DNA of 36,675 nt from an uncultured Gammaproteobacteria bacterium (GCA_964416495.1 CAYQEI010000001.1:1-36675); one strand, 5' to 3'; counted from the first letter of the stretch, positions 25,601 to 33,652 are shown. Numbers and translations are program-made. Notes: generated by a model from the sequence alone, not told the origin.

Positions 25601-25935
25601 GCCTTCAAATTTGCCAATCTCAGCGAAGATTTTTTTATAACGGTCACGATGGCGCTCTTACTTTAGGGGATAATGATTTGCCCAATGATAGCAATTGGCA
25701 TCATTTTACTCTTAGCTATGATTCCTATCGCTACCAACTATCTCTTTATATTGATGGTCAGCTAAAAAAGACTTTGCCCTATATTTGGTTAGCTAATTCT
25801 GAGAGCCTAACTAAACTTGAAATCTACAATGAGGGTAAAGAGGGTCAAATTGATGATTTAGCGTTATTTACCGGCGCATTAAGCTCAAAACAGGTGGCCC
25901 GTCTCTATCAAGGCACTTTTATTGACAAAAATTAG
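22642..25935 (+). CDS. Large secreted multidomain protein: permuted NlpC/P60-like (YiiX/YaeF-type) domain, lamin-tail domain and two LamG/concanavalin-like domains
   Basis: Signal peptide. HVGIYVG...VEAL...DWTCVGLVEKVYE shows His before Cys, i.e. the permuted papain-like order. IISKIYATGLNDFIELYNPNNFSFDL marks the LTD. WHHLALTVD...FDELTLWSSSLSATEVKEMY and WHHFTLSYD...IDDLALFTGALSSKQVARLY mark the two Laminin_G_3-like modules. Confidence 0.65.
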   Translation: MKAKFVSISITLFIIISLFCGETVKALELGALLYRTSGDGLMYGYSSQELLGIKAGVLLHIYPGHVGIYVGKENGVDMVVEALAGGIVKTEAKYFVNESAGEVFLGAKIPIGASPSERLKAVAIAKALAERNYGYDFDFIKQKGPGDNDWTCVGLVEKVYESSAIPNPNNLNDLVYSRLNYAVDITPDGFDNKSYFNNSGDCFSTSLEFSKISARANLVLPLPEKIGFNAGRIYQGERYFFLPYTQYLQTTLKSVPVDIQISSSFKEKEIRGKTPTLALILRWSFVNNPVSAVKLTFEKIGQGIKNIGDKLFNRESTDFDELAFYNSQPTEADSYLPININQSQGQTTPRNSPQANYSYNDNEEVNIGITNSKIETKVNNPSNQSSTGIKEEESSFFGPTVPINNNPSNSLIESSEPNFDFISEAEAPTQTAVIDSKVEQGEVPELAYSPESAPINQTTSTAVPSAIISKIYATGLNDFIELYNPNNFSFDLAEAGFRIEKTKTANDPSIAIRIGHEVDGIYPGGTTIRAKGYYLIVRDGANPYFLSRADAIAKRKEFSWTGNGYTLYLGKGAISSSDDPDIIDAVGFGSATYFRGQGPAPEIVDNYYLNRVSTNHDNLRDFRLEASADPSISWDDYIPANNDGDDDNQSGQEEPGGDETTNPDEGEFPDVVYEDADFEPYIPKAVINSPKLQEVWHFDECYGEAEYLVGVNDCSLHLDQHNTEFVFDLDSDFDSNQGSLSLYYRSTDDYYSSNFTVSLINKAGSSYEITISEELLTIAGLPNSAWRYYEKTVYEKSKLDWHHLALTVDQSAGVWRVYHNGKKLVEEQFAQTLISNFRQVKISGSGRLAFDELTLWSSSLSATEVKEMYDNELIFAPYTQREPQAEPALQYYWDFNEHYENVNGVSTNQAIDQIKGAVIDLPDNSYAWWGSDNTVLVSKYGKYLDSNLIEPFFSRDLTMAFWWRNASGISDDRTAIILGNQGRRLFGLQICQSQRRFFYNGHDGALTLGDNDLPNDSNWHHFTLSYDSYRYQLSLYIDGQLKKTLPYIWLANSESLTKLEIYNEGKEGQIDDLALFTGALSSKQVARLYQGTFIDKN

Positions 25936-25949
25936 TTTTTCGCTATAAT
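25922..25949 (+). promoter_or_regulatory. Promoter-like element upstream of rpsB
   Basis: TTGACA (25922-25927, inside the end of the preceding CDS), 16-nt spacer, TATAAT (25944-25949). Confidence 0.4.
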
Positions 25950-25990
25950 TAATTACAGATAGAGCTAGTTTAAATAACTTTCTCTTTTCA

Positions 25991-26015
25991 ATCTGCACCA
26001 TTGCGGATGTTTTTA
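25991..26015 (+). terminator. Terminator-like hairpin, either the terminator of the 22642 gene or an rpsB leader attenuator
   Basis: ATCTGCA (25991-25997) pairs with TGCGGAT (26002-26008) with one G-U pair, 4-nt loop, then GTTTTT. Confidence 0.4.
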
Positions 26016-26097
26016 TTTATTAATCATACTTCTAAAGCAAATGCTTTATTTTCTTCCTCTTAACTGAGGTAAAGAAGTAGTAGTAAAAAAGAAAAAT

Positions 26098-26775
26098 ATG
26101 AAACATTTACCAACTATTGAAGAAATGCTCAAAGCTGGTATGCATTTCGGACATCGAACTAATCGCTGGCACCCAAAAATGAAAGACTATATTTTTACCA
26201 CAAAAAATAATGTCTACATTATTGACTTGAAAAAAAGTCAAGAAAAACTAAGAGAAGCCTTGGAGTTTATGGCTAAACTAAAAGCAGAGAAAAAAACTAT
26301 TCTGTTTGTTGGCACTAAGCACCAAGTTTCCGAGCCATTAAAGAAAATGGCTGAAGAGGTAAAGCAACCCTATATTGTCGGTAAGTGGCTAGGTGGATTT
26401 TTGACTAACTTTGCGGTTGTAAAGAAATCGGTCAAAAAGTATCAAGATTTACTGGAGAAAAAGGAGCTTGGTCGCTTAGAAAAATATACTAAGAAGGAAA
26501 GACTACAGTTTGATCGAGTTATTTACAAACTTAGAGAAAGAGTCGGTGGTTTAACTGATTTCAATAAATTACCTGATGCGCTCTTTATTTGGGATATTAA
26601 TGAAGAGAGAACAGCGGTGCGTGAAGCTAGGCAGAAGAATATTCCAATTATTGCTGTTTGCGATACTAATTCAAATCCTCAATTAGCTAATTATCCAATT
26701 CCAGCTAATGATGATGCTACTAAGACTGTTACATTAATCCTGACAGCAATTAAAAAGACCTTACAGTCTGCCTAA
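26098..26775 (+). CDS. rpsB: 30S ribosomal protein S2
   Basis: LKAGMHFGHRTNRWHPKM, FVGTK, LGGFLTNF and AVCDTNSNP motifs. Confidence 0.95.
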   Translation: MKHLPTIEEMLKAGMHFGHRTNRWHPKMKDYIFTTKNNVYIIDLKKSQEKLREALEFMAKLKAEKKTILFVGTKHQVSEPLKKMAEEVKQPYIVGKWLGGFLTNFAVVKKSVKKYQDLLEKKELGRLEKYTKKERLQFDRVIYKLRERVGGLTDFNKLPDALFIWDINEERTAVREARQKNIPIIAVCDTNSNPQLANYPIPANDDATKTVTLILTAIKKTLQSA

Positions 26776-26797
26776 TTAATTATTTAATTGTAATCTT

Positions 26798-27592
26798 ATG
26801 GAATTAATTAAAAAACTAAGAAACCTTACCCATGCTGGGATGGTTGATTGCCAAAAGGCCCTTAAAGAAGCTAACAATGACTTTGATTTAGCGGTTGATA
26901 TTTTACGTAAAAAGGGAATTAGCAAAGCCTCAAAACGAGCAGAACGAGAAGCAACTGAGGGTCTTATCCTTTGCACAGTTAATGAAGGTGCTACCGAAGG
27001 CTATATCCTTGAATTAAATAGTGAAACCGACTTCGTTGCCCGCAATGAAGAGTTTCAAGCTTTTGCTAATAAATTAATGACTCTTATCAAAACTGAACAA
27101 CCAGCAAAGTTAGATGATTTATTTGCGCTGAGCTTAGGGGAGCAAACTGTTGCTGATGCAGTTTCTAACTTGAGCGGAGTTATTGGAGAAAAAATTGAAT
27201 TAAACCGCTTTGCTATCGTCAAAGGTGAAACTGTTGCTAGCTATAGTCATCAAGCTGGTCGGATTGGTGTTTTGGTGGCTTTAGATAAGGCTGATCAGGC
27301 CGATTTAGCCCTTGATTTAGCAATGCATATTGCTGCTTCTAGTCCTAAGTATCTGCGTAGTGAAGAAGTGACAGAAGCTGAAATTGAGCATGAAAAGTCT
27401 ATTTATCGTGAACAATTACTCAATGAAGGTAAGCCCGAGGCAATGATTGATAAAATTAGTGAAGGCAAGCTTCAAAAGTTCTACAGCGAGATTTGCTTAC
27501 TAGACCAAGAATATATCAAAGATGACAAGAAAAAAGTCAAAGAAATACTAGGTGATACTAATATCTTGGCTTTTGTTAGATATTCGCTTTAA
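26798..27592 (+). CDS. tsf: Translation elongation factor Ts (short form)
   Basis: LIKKLRNLTHAGMVDCQKALKEANNDFDLAVDILRKKG UBA-like N-terminus, TDFVARNEEF, and the conserved rpsB-tsf gene order. Confidence 0.9.
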   Translation: MELIKKLRNLTHAGMVDCQKALKEANNDFDLAVDILRKKGISKASKRAEREATEGLILCTVNEGATEGYILELNSETDFVARNEEFQAFANKLMTLIKTEQPAKLDDLFALSLGEQTVADAVSNLSGVIGEKIELNRFAIVKGETVASYSHQAGRIGVLVALDKADQADLALDLAMHIAASSPKYLRSEEVTEAEIEHEKSIYREQLLNEGKPEAMIDKISEGKLQKFYSEICLLDQEYIKDDKKKVKEILGDTNILAFVRYSL

Positions 27593-27608
27593 CATCTAAT
27601 TTAACTAT

Positions 27609-28412
27609 ATGATTACTTGCCAGGTGCAATTTGCACCTTGGGATAAAATCTATAACTATACTACTAAACTAGACTCAAGTAATGTTGGGAAGTATGTTTT
27701 AGTGGAAACTGAATTAGGTGAAGAAATTGCTCGCATTATTAGCTTTGATTCGGTAAAGACTGAAGAGTCCTTACCTAAAGTAATTGCTCTAGCTAGTTAT
27801 GATGACTTAACCGAATTAGCTAGCTTAGCTGATAAGCAAAAGGCCTTGGAGTACTGTCAAGAGGCAATTGAGCGTTTAGCCCTACCGATGAAGTTAATCG
27901 ATGTTTATATTGCCAAAGGAGCAGTAAAATATAATTTTGCTTTCATGGCGGAAAATAGAGTTGACTTTCGTGAGTTAGTCAAAGATTTGGCTCTTTATTT
28001 TTCTGCCCAAGTTAGGCTAACTCAAATCGGGGCGCGAGATGAGGCCAAAGTGTTGGGTGATTGTGGTTCTTGTGGGCGGACTTTGTGTTGCCAGAGCTGT
28101 ATTGCAAAATTTAATTCAATTAGCTCTGAGATGGCTGAAGTGCAACAAGTTGTACATCGTGGCTCTGATCGTATTTCTGGGCTTTGTGGTCGCCTAATGT
28201 GCTGTCTTGCTTTTGAGTATGAAGGCTATAAACATTTAGCTGGTAAATTACCGCCAATTGGGACTAGACTGAGACTAGGAGAGCAAAGAGCTGAGGTGAT
28301 TGGACATAATATCTTGAAACAAACTGTCAATATCAAAGTTTTCCCCTTAGATCCTGATGAAAGAGCAATAATAATAGAGTTTGACCCGACCCAAGTTGCT
28401 CACCGAAAATAA
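27609..28412 (+). CDS. PSP1 domain protein (RicT/YaaT-like)
   Basis: VDFRELVKDLALYFSAQVRLTQIGARDEAKVLGDCGSCGRTLCCQS is the PSP1 C-terminal domain with its Cys cluster. Confidence 0.8.
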   Translation: MITCQVQFAPWDKIYNYTTKLDSSNVGKYVLVETELGEEIARIISFDSVKTEESLPKVIALASYDDLTELASLADKQKALEYCQEAIERLALPMKLIDVYIAKGAVKYNFAFMAENRVDFRELVKDLALYFSAQVRLTQIGARDEAKVLGDCGSCGRTLCCQSCIAKFNSISSEMAEVQQVVHRGSDRISGLCGRLMCCLAFEYEGYKHLAGKLPPIGTRLRLGEQRAEVIGHNILKQTVNIKVFPLDPDERAIIIEFDPTQVAHRK

Positions 28413-28428
28413 ATATTTTATTATTTTT

Positions 28429-28457
28429 ACTTGAAGGTTAGCCTTCAAGTTTTTTTA
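28429..28457 (+). terminator. Rho-independent terminator
   Basis: ACTTGAAGG (28429-28437), TTAG loop, CCTTCAAGT (28442-28450), then a T7 run. Confidence 0.75.
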
Positions 28458-28504
28458 TTATAAATATGTTATAATAGAAGATATTTAATAATTAATTTGT
28501 TTTT

Positions 28505-29518
28505 ATGAAAAAGATAAATATTGCTATCAATGGTTTTGGCCGAATTGGCCGTGGTGTTTTTCGCATAATTAGCCAATCTTATCCCCAAGTAAATATAGTG
28601 GCGATTAATGATTTAGCCCCTTTAGCTAACTTAGCTTATCTCCTCAAACATGATACTGCCTATGGTGCTTTCCCTGGTAGTGTCAAAGAAGGTTTTGGTG
28701 GGATAGTGGTAAAAGGGAAGAAGATTCCGGTTTACTCAGAGAAAAATCCAGCTGACTTACCTTGGGCTAAGCATAAAGTTGATGTTGTCTTGGAGTGTAC
28801 TGGAGTATTTCGTGATAAGGAAGGCCTTAGTCTACACCTAAAAGCTGGGGCTAAGAAAGTTGTTCTATCAGCACCAGCTAAATCAAGTGAGGTAAAAATG
28901 ATAGTTCTCGGTGTAAATGAGAAAAAACTCAAAGCGAGCGATCACCTTGTTTCCTGCGCATCTTGTACTACTAATTGCCTTGCTCCAGCAACTGAATTAT
29001 TACGCAAAAAATTTGGTATTAAAAAGGCAGTGATGAGCACTGTTCATGCCTATACTGCGGGACAAAATATAGTTGATGGGCCAAATAAAGATTTACGTCG
29101 TGGCCGAGCTGGTGCCTTAAATATCGTACCAACTACTACTGGTGCAGCCGAGGCAACTACTGCTATTATTCCTGAATTAGGACAGCGTTTTACAGGGATT
29201 TCTTTACGAGTTCCAGTTATTACTGGGTCTTTATGTGACAGTGTTTATTTACTCAAAAAGAAGACTGACTTTGCTACTATCGCTAATGCTTTTAGTCAAG
29301 CAGCTAAAACTAGCCTCAAAGGAATACTGGCGGTAAGCGATGACGGTTTAGTTAGTAGTGATATTATTGGTAGCCCCTATAGCACGGTAATTGATTTAGC
29401 CAGTTCAAGATTAATTGATGGCGATCTACTCAAACTTGTTTCTTGGTATGATAATGAATGGGGCTATTCTTGTCGTTTAATTGAGTTAGCAATAAATGTT
29501 TCTCAGTTTATTAAATAA
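28505..29518 (+). CDS. gap: Type I glyceraldehyde-3-phosphate dehydrogenase
   Basis: INGFGRIGR, the active-site SCASCTTNCLAP, and WYDNEWGYS. TGtTATAAT at 28467-28475. Confidence 0.92.
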   Translation: MKKINIAINGFGRIGRGVFRIISQSYPQVNIVAINDLAPLANLAYLLKHDTAYGAFPGSVKEGFGGIVVKGKKIPVYSEKNPADLPWAKHKVDVVLECTGVFRDKEGLSLHLKAGAKKVVLSAPAKSSEVKMIVLGVNEKKLKASDHLVSCASCTTNCLAPATELLRKKFGIKKAVMSTVHAYTAGQNIVDGPNKDLRRGRAGALNIVPTTTGAAEATTAIIPELGQRFTGISLRVPVITGSLCDSVYLLKKKTDFATIANAFSQAAKTSLKGILAVSDDGLVSSDIIGSPYSTVIDLASSRLIDGDLLKLVSWYDNEWGYSCRLIELAINVSQFIK

Positions 29519-29550
29519 TAAGTTTATTAATAATATAATTTATCAAATGT

Positions 29551-30288
29551 ATGAAGTTAAAAAATAAAGTTGCAATTGTTACTGGAGCCGCTTCAGGCTT
29601 GGGTTTAGGGATAGCTAACTTATTTGTCGAAGAGGGCGCTAAAGTAGTTTACTCAGATTTAGCAAAAGAACATCAAGACCTGGAACTAGACCCTAAAAAT
29701 GCAATTTACTTTCCCGCTGATGTTAGCTCACGGGAGGCAGTTGAGGCCTTAGTCGCTCAGGCAGAAGAACAGTTTGGCCGAGTCGATATCATGGTAAATA
29801 ACGCTGGTATTGGTGGCTTAGGTGGGATTTTGGAGGCTAGTGAAGAGGACTTTGATAGGACCATTAAAGTAAATCTCTATGGTGTTTTCCATGGTACTCA
29901 AGTAGCCGCTCAAACAATGAAGAAAATGGGAAATACAGGTTCAATTATTAATATGAGTTCGATCCTAGGGAACGTCGGCATGCCTCAAACTTTATCTTAT
30001 TGCAGTTCTAAGGGAGGAGTAGTACAGTTGACTCGAGCAGCTGCTCTTGACTTAGCGTTAGATAAAATAAGAGTTAATGCGATTGCGCCTGGTTTCATTA
30101 AGACCAATATGACCAGTGATGTTTTATTAGATAAAAACTTTAGTGAAATGGTTTTGACTAATACGCCTTTAGGTCATGTCGGTGAAGTTATTGACATTGC
30201 TCAAGCAGCACTGTATTTAGCTAGTGATGATTCTAAATATGTTACTGGTATTGTCTTGCCAGTTGATGGCGCTTGGACGGCTAGATAG
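29551..30288 (+). CDS. SDR-family NAD(P)-dependent oxidoreductase
   Basis: TGAASGLG cofactor motif, NNAG, catalytic S...YCSSK, and PGFIKT. Confidence 0.85.
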   Translation: MKLKNKVAIVTGAASGLGLGIANLFVEEGAKVVYSDLAKEHQDLELDPKNAIYFPADVSSREAVEALVAQAEEQFGRVDIMVNNAGIGGLGGILEASEEDFDRTIKVNLYGVFHGTQVAAQTMKKMGNTGSIINMSSILGNVGMPQTLSYCSSKGGVVQLTRAAALDLALDKIRVNAIAPGFIKTNMTSDVLLDKNFSEMVLTNTPLGHVGEVIDIAQAALYLASDDSKYVTGIVLPVDGAWTAR

Positions 30289-30294
30289 ATAATT

Positions 30295-31326
30295 ATGTTA
30301 GGGAATAAGGTTTTGCAAAAAAAAATCGAGCAATTCAATTTGCTGGGCCGGGGTGGAGCAAGCTGTCCAGTTTCTTTGAAGTGGAGGGCCTTCGAAGCTG
30401 AGCTTTCCGCTAATAAGTCGGCTTATCTCATTGTCAATGGAGCTGAGAGTGAACCGGATGTAATTAAAGATGCTTATATAATAAAAAATAAGACTAAGGA
30501 CTTATTGCTAGGACTTGAAGCAATTATAAACTTTATTGGCGCTAAATCCTTAATGAACATTTACATCTACCTCCCCAAGAGTTATTTAGCTTTCACTAAA
30601 AGAAAGCTCAAAGAAAGCTTGCGTGCAACGAAAGCTAATTTAGCTTGGTTTGAAAAAATCAAGTATTTTACTAAACCAGATTTAGGCCAATATATTGCTG
30701 GGGAAGAAACAGTTATTATCAATTTAATTAATCAAAAATTACAACGACCCAGCTTGAAGCCACCTTTTCCCTGTAGCCAGGGGATAAATTCGTTGCCGAC
30801 TTTAGTGCATAATGTCGAAACCATTCACGATATCGGCTTAGTGTCCCAATCTCGCTATCTGGGGAAAAGACATTATACTCTCGCTGGAGAATTACCTCAC
30901 CCTGGTGTTTATGCTCTTGATGCTAAGCTTAGTGTCAAAGATATTTTAGCTAAAACTAATAATACTCCTGATTTTCCTTATTTTTTAGTCTTAGGCGGTG
31001 GAGCACATAGTGTTGTGATAAACAGCAAGCAATTAGATGATACCGTTTGTGGCGCTGGCTTGGTTAAAGTAGTGAGGAATAATAAGACCCAACAAAAGGC
31101 TTTACTAAATTATTATTTGAATTTCTATAGTAATGATAGTTGTGGCTTATGCACCCCTTGCCGGGAAGGGAGTTATCGTCTCAAGGAGCTTTTCAAGCAA
31201 GGCAAGCTCCTTGATGAAAAGGCGCTCACTTTATTGGATAATCTTGAAATTAATAGTTTCTGTGGCCTAGGACCCGGCCTCGCTTCAAGCCTTAAATCGT
31301 TTATAAAAAATGTCTATACTAACTAA
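30295..31326 (+). CDS. NuoF/HydB-like flavoprotein (Complex I 51-kDa family), short form
   Basis: GRGGASCPVSLKW, NGAESEPDVIKD, YIAGEETVIINL, PPFPCSQGINSLPTLVHNVET and the N3-type cluster motif SCGLCTPCREG...FCGLG. Confidence 0.75.
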   Translation: MLGNKVLQKKIEQFNLLGRGGASCPVSLKWRAFEAELSANKSAYLIVNGAESEPDVIKDAYIIKNKTKDLLLGLEAIINFIGAKSLMNIYIYLPKSYLAFTKRKLKESLRATKANLAWFEKIKYFTKPDLGQYIAGEETVIINLINQKLQRPSLKPPFPCSQGINSLPTLVHNVETIHDIGLVSQSRYLGKRHYTLAGELPHPGVYALDAKLSVKDILAKTNNTPDFPYFLVLGGGAHSVVINSKQLDDTVCGAGLVKVVRNNKTQQKALLNYYLNFYSNDSCGLCTPCREGSYRLKELFKQGKLLDEKALTLLDNLEINSFCGLGPGLASSLKSFIKNVYTN

Positions 31327-31334
31327 ACAAAATT

Positions 31335-32075
31335 ATGTCTCAAGCAAATAAGAGTCAGTCAAAACCAAACTCAATTTTAGCTAATTTTGATTATGCAGTT
31401 GATCTTTGGCAGAAGAATTTCAAGAAATTTGCTAGCCTAATCTTAACTGCGCTTCGTCGTAGCTTGCTCCCTTTTATTATTGCTTTAGCAATTAATTATG
31501 GCAGAAGCTTTGCCTATCTTGGCCCAATTATTATTCAATGGATCCTGTTGCTACTGTATTTAGTTGCTTTTGTTTTTATCTTTTATCAAATTATTAAACT
31601 CGAGCTCCAGATTTATTTAGCCGTAAAAGCTAATTATAGTTTCAAGCGGGAAGAGCTTGAGAAGCAAGCGAAAGAATTAATCAAGCCCTATATTGTGTTA
31701 AAGTTAATAATTGGTCTAGTAGTAGCCCTAGGACTAAGCTTATTCCTTATTCCTGGCTTAGTGCTTTCATTCTTTTTAATCTTTGCCCCCTATTACTTTG
31801 TCTTTAAGGCCAATGATGTCAAACAAGCTATTAAATCTAGCCTTTCCTTAGTAAAAAAGAATTGGCTCTATCTCCTCAAAGCCTTTTTATTCCTGATGCT
31901 ATGCCTTTTTGCTTTTTCAATGATAAGCTCATTACCCCTTACTCAATTAGTTCCTAACAGTATTACCACTTCAGGCTACAAATTATTTTTGACAGTGTTA
32001 GCCTTATTCATTTCCCCTATCATCATCATTTATTTTGCTAGGATTTTCTATAGATTTGAAAAATTAAGTAAATAA
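31335..32075 (+). CDS. Polytopic membrane protein, hypothetical
   Basis: 246-aa ORF with about 5-6 hydrophobic segments. No family recognised. It sits between the flavoprotein and the hydrogenase-like gene with 8- and 7-nt gaps. Confidence 0.5.
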   Translation: MSQANKSQSKPNSILANFDYAVDLWQKNFKKFASLILTALRRSLLPFIIALAINYGRSFAYLGPIIIQWILLLLYLVAFVFIFYQIIKLELQIYLAVKANYSFKREELEKQAKELIKPYIVLKLIIGLVVALGLSLFLIPGLVLSFFLIFAPYYFVFKANDVKQAIKSSLSLVKKNWLYLLKAFLFLMLCLFAFSMISSLPLTQLVPNSITTSGYKLFLTVLALFISPIIIIYFARIFYRFEKLSK

Positions 32076-32082
32076 TGAGGCC

Positions 32083-33648
32083 ATGATTACCGTCTATATT
32101 GATAATAAAAAATATCAAGCAAAAAAAGGCCAAACTATTATCTCGCTTTTACTGGAAGCAAAGATTGATTTGGCTTTTTTAGCCTATCACCCTGATTTAG
32201 ATAATTTAGGTGGTGATCGGATAGCCTTAGTTGAAATTGGAGATAACCAGCGCATTGTTAATGCTGAAACCACTAAAGTTTACCCGCAACTAAAAATTTA
32301 TACTGAAACTGAATTAGTCAAGAAGTATCGAAAAGCTAATGCTGAGCTTTTATTTGCTTCTCATAGTGAAAAGTGCGCTACTTGTACTAGACGTTTTAAT
32401 TGTGGACTCTTGTCTCTTGCCCGTCGTGATGGTCTCAATATTGCTACCTACCCAGATCGTAAGTTAAAGCGAAAGACCTTCAAAATTGATCACGCTATCG
32501 AAATAGATAGTAGTCAATGTATTGACTGTGGTAACTGTATTCAAGCTTGCCAGCGTCAAGGCATTAATTACCTTGAATATACTAATACTGCCCACAAGCA
32601 AGAGTTAAGGCCGAGTAGTGATAAAACTAAGATCTGCCTACATTGTGGTCAATGCACTCTAGTTTGTCCAGTTGCCTCAGCTCAAGAACAAGATCAGTGG
32701 GCTCAAGTTGAGACTCTTTTAGCTGACCCAAAAGCAGAAGTTGTCGCTTTACTTGACCCAGCTAGTCGTGTTAGTTTAGGGGAAGCTTTCCAGCTCAGAC
32801 ATAGTGATAGTCAAGATAGTGTTTATTTAGCTTTAGCTAAACTAGGCTTTAGGGATAGCTACGACTTAGCTTTGGGAGCAGAGATGTTAAGTCAAAGAGA
32901 GGCCAAAGAGTTGCTAGAGCGGAAAGAAGCTAAGCAGAAATTGCCTTTAATTAGTAGCGCTTGCCCAGCCTGGTCGCGATATCTAGAGCATTATCAGCCT
33001 AAATTAAAGCCTTATTTGGCTAAATCTAGATCAGCTCAATTATTGCTAGCTCAAGACTTAAGGGCTAATTACAAGACAGCTAAGGACAAAGAGCTTAAGC
33101 TAGTTTCTATCGTTGCTTGTCCTGCTAAAAAGGAAGAAGTCTTAGCTAAGAAGAGCTTTCAGGCTGGGAAGCCTTTGATTGATAATGTTATTACTTTAAG
33201 AGAGTTAGTCTTTATGCTAAAAAAAAGAGATCTGGACTTAGCTAAGCTTAAGGTTAAGCAAACTAAGGTCAAACCAGTCAAACTCAGTGCGATTTCAGCC
33301 CATAGTGGTGGCTTGACTGAGCTGTTAATTAGTAATATATTACAACTAAAAAGTGTGGCTAAAGAGACCCGGAAAAAGATGTTAAGGAATACTCGCTTGC
33401 TTTTGTCTCAAAATGATGGCTTTATCGAACTAAATTTAGAGATTGCTCAAGCAAAATACAGCTTTGCTTGTTTTAATGGTAATGCTAGCTTTATTGAGAG
33501 CAAGGCTGATTGCAGGCAGTATGATTATATTGAAGTGATGGCTTGCCCTGGAGGTTGTCTTGGGGGCGGGGGACAAATCATTCCGACTACTAAGGAGATA
33601 ATTAGCCAGCGTCAAGTTGCTAATTATCGTCTCAGTTTAATCAAATAG
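32083..33648 (+). CDS. [FeFe]-hydrogenase-like protein: Cys-less 2Fe-2S-fold domain, His-ligated 4Fe-4S, 2x[4Fe-4S] and H-cluster domain
   Basis: HSEKCATCTRRFNC (HxxxCxxCx5C), CIDCGNCIQAC and CLHCGQCTLVCP. H-cluster motifs are ISSACPAW (P1 variant), VACPAKKEE (P2) and EVMACPGGCLGGGGQI (P3). Confidence 0.8.
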   Translation: MITVYIDNKKYQAKKGQTIISLLLEAKIDLAFLAYHPDLDNLGGDRIALVEIGDNQRIVNAETTKVYPQLKIYTETELVKKYRKANAELLFASHSEKCATCTRRFNCGLLSLARRDGLNIATYPDRKLKRKTFKIDHAIEIDSSQCIDCGNCIQACQRQGINYLEYTNTAHKQELRPSSDKTKICLHCGQCTLVCPVASAQEQDQWAQVETLLADPKAEVVALLDPASRVSLGEAFQLRHSDSQDSVYLALAKLGFRDSYDLALGAEMLSQREAKELLERKEAKQKLPLISSACPAWSRYLEHYQPKLKPYLAKSRSAQLLLAQDLRANYKTAKDKELKLVSIVACPAKKEEVLAKKSFQAGKPLIDNVITLRELVFMLKKRDLDLAKLKVKQTKVKPVKLSAISAHSGGLTELLISNILQLKSVAKETRKKMLRNTRLLLSQNDGFIELNLEIAQAKYSFACFNGNASFIESKADCRQYDYIEVMACPGGCLGGGGQIIPTTKEIISQRQVANYRLSLIK

Positions 33649-33652
33649 TATT

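Noticed and set aside
26776-26976. 66-aa minus-strand ORF across the rpsB-tsf junction.
   Set aside because: It overlaps the highly conserved N-terminus of EF-Ts in antisense and is a shadow ORF.
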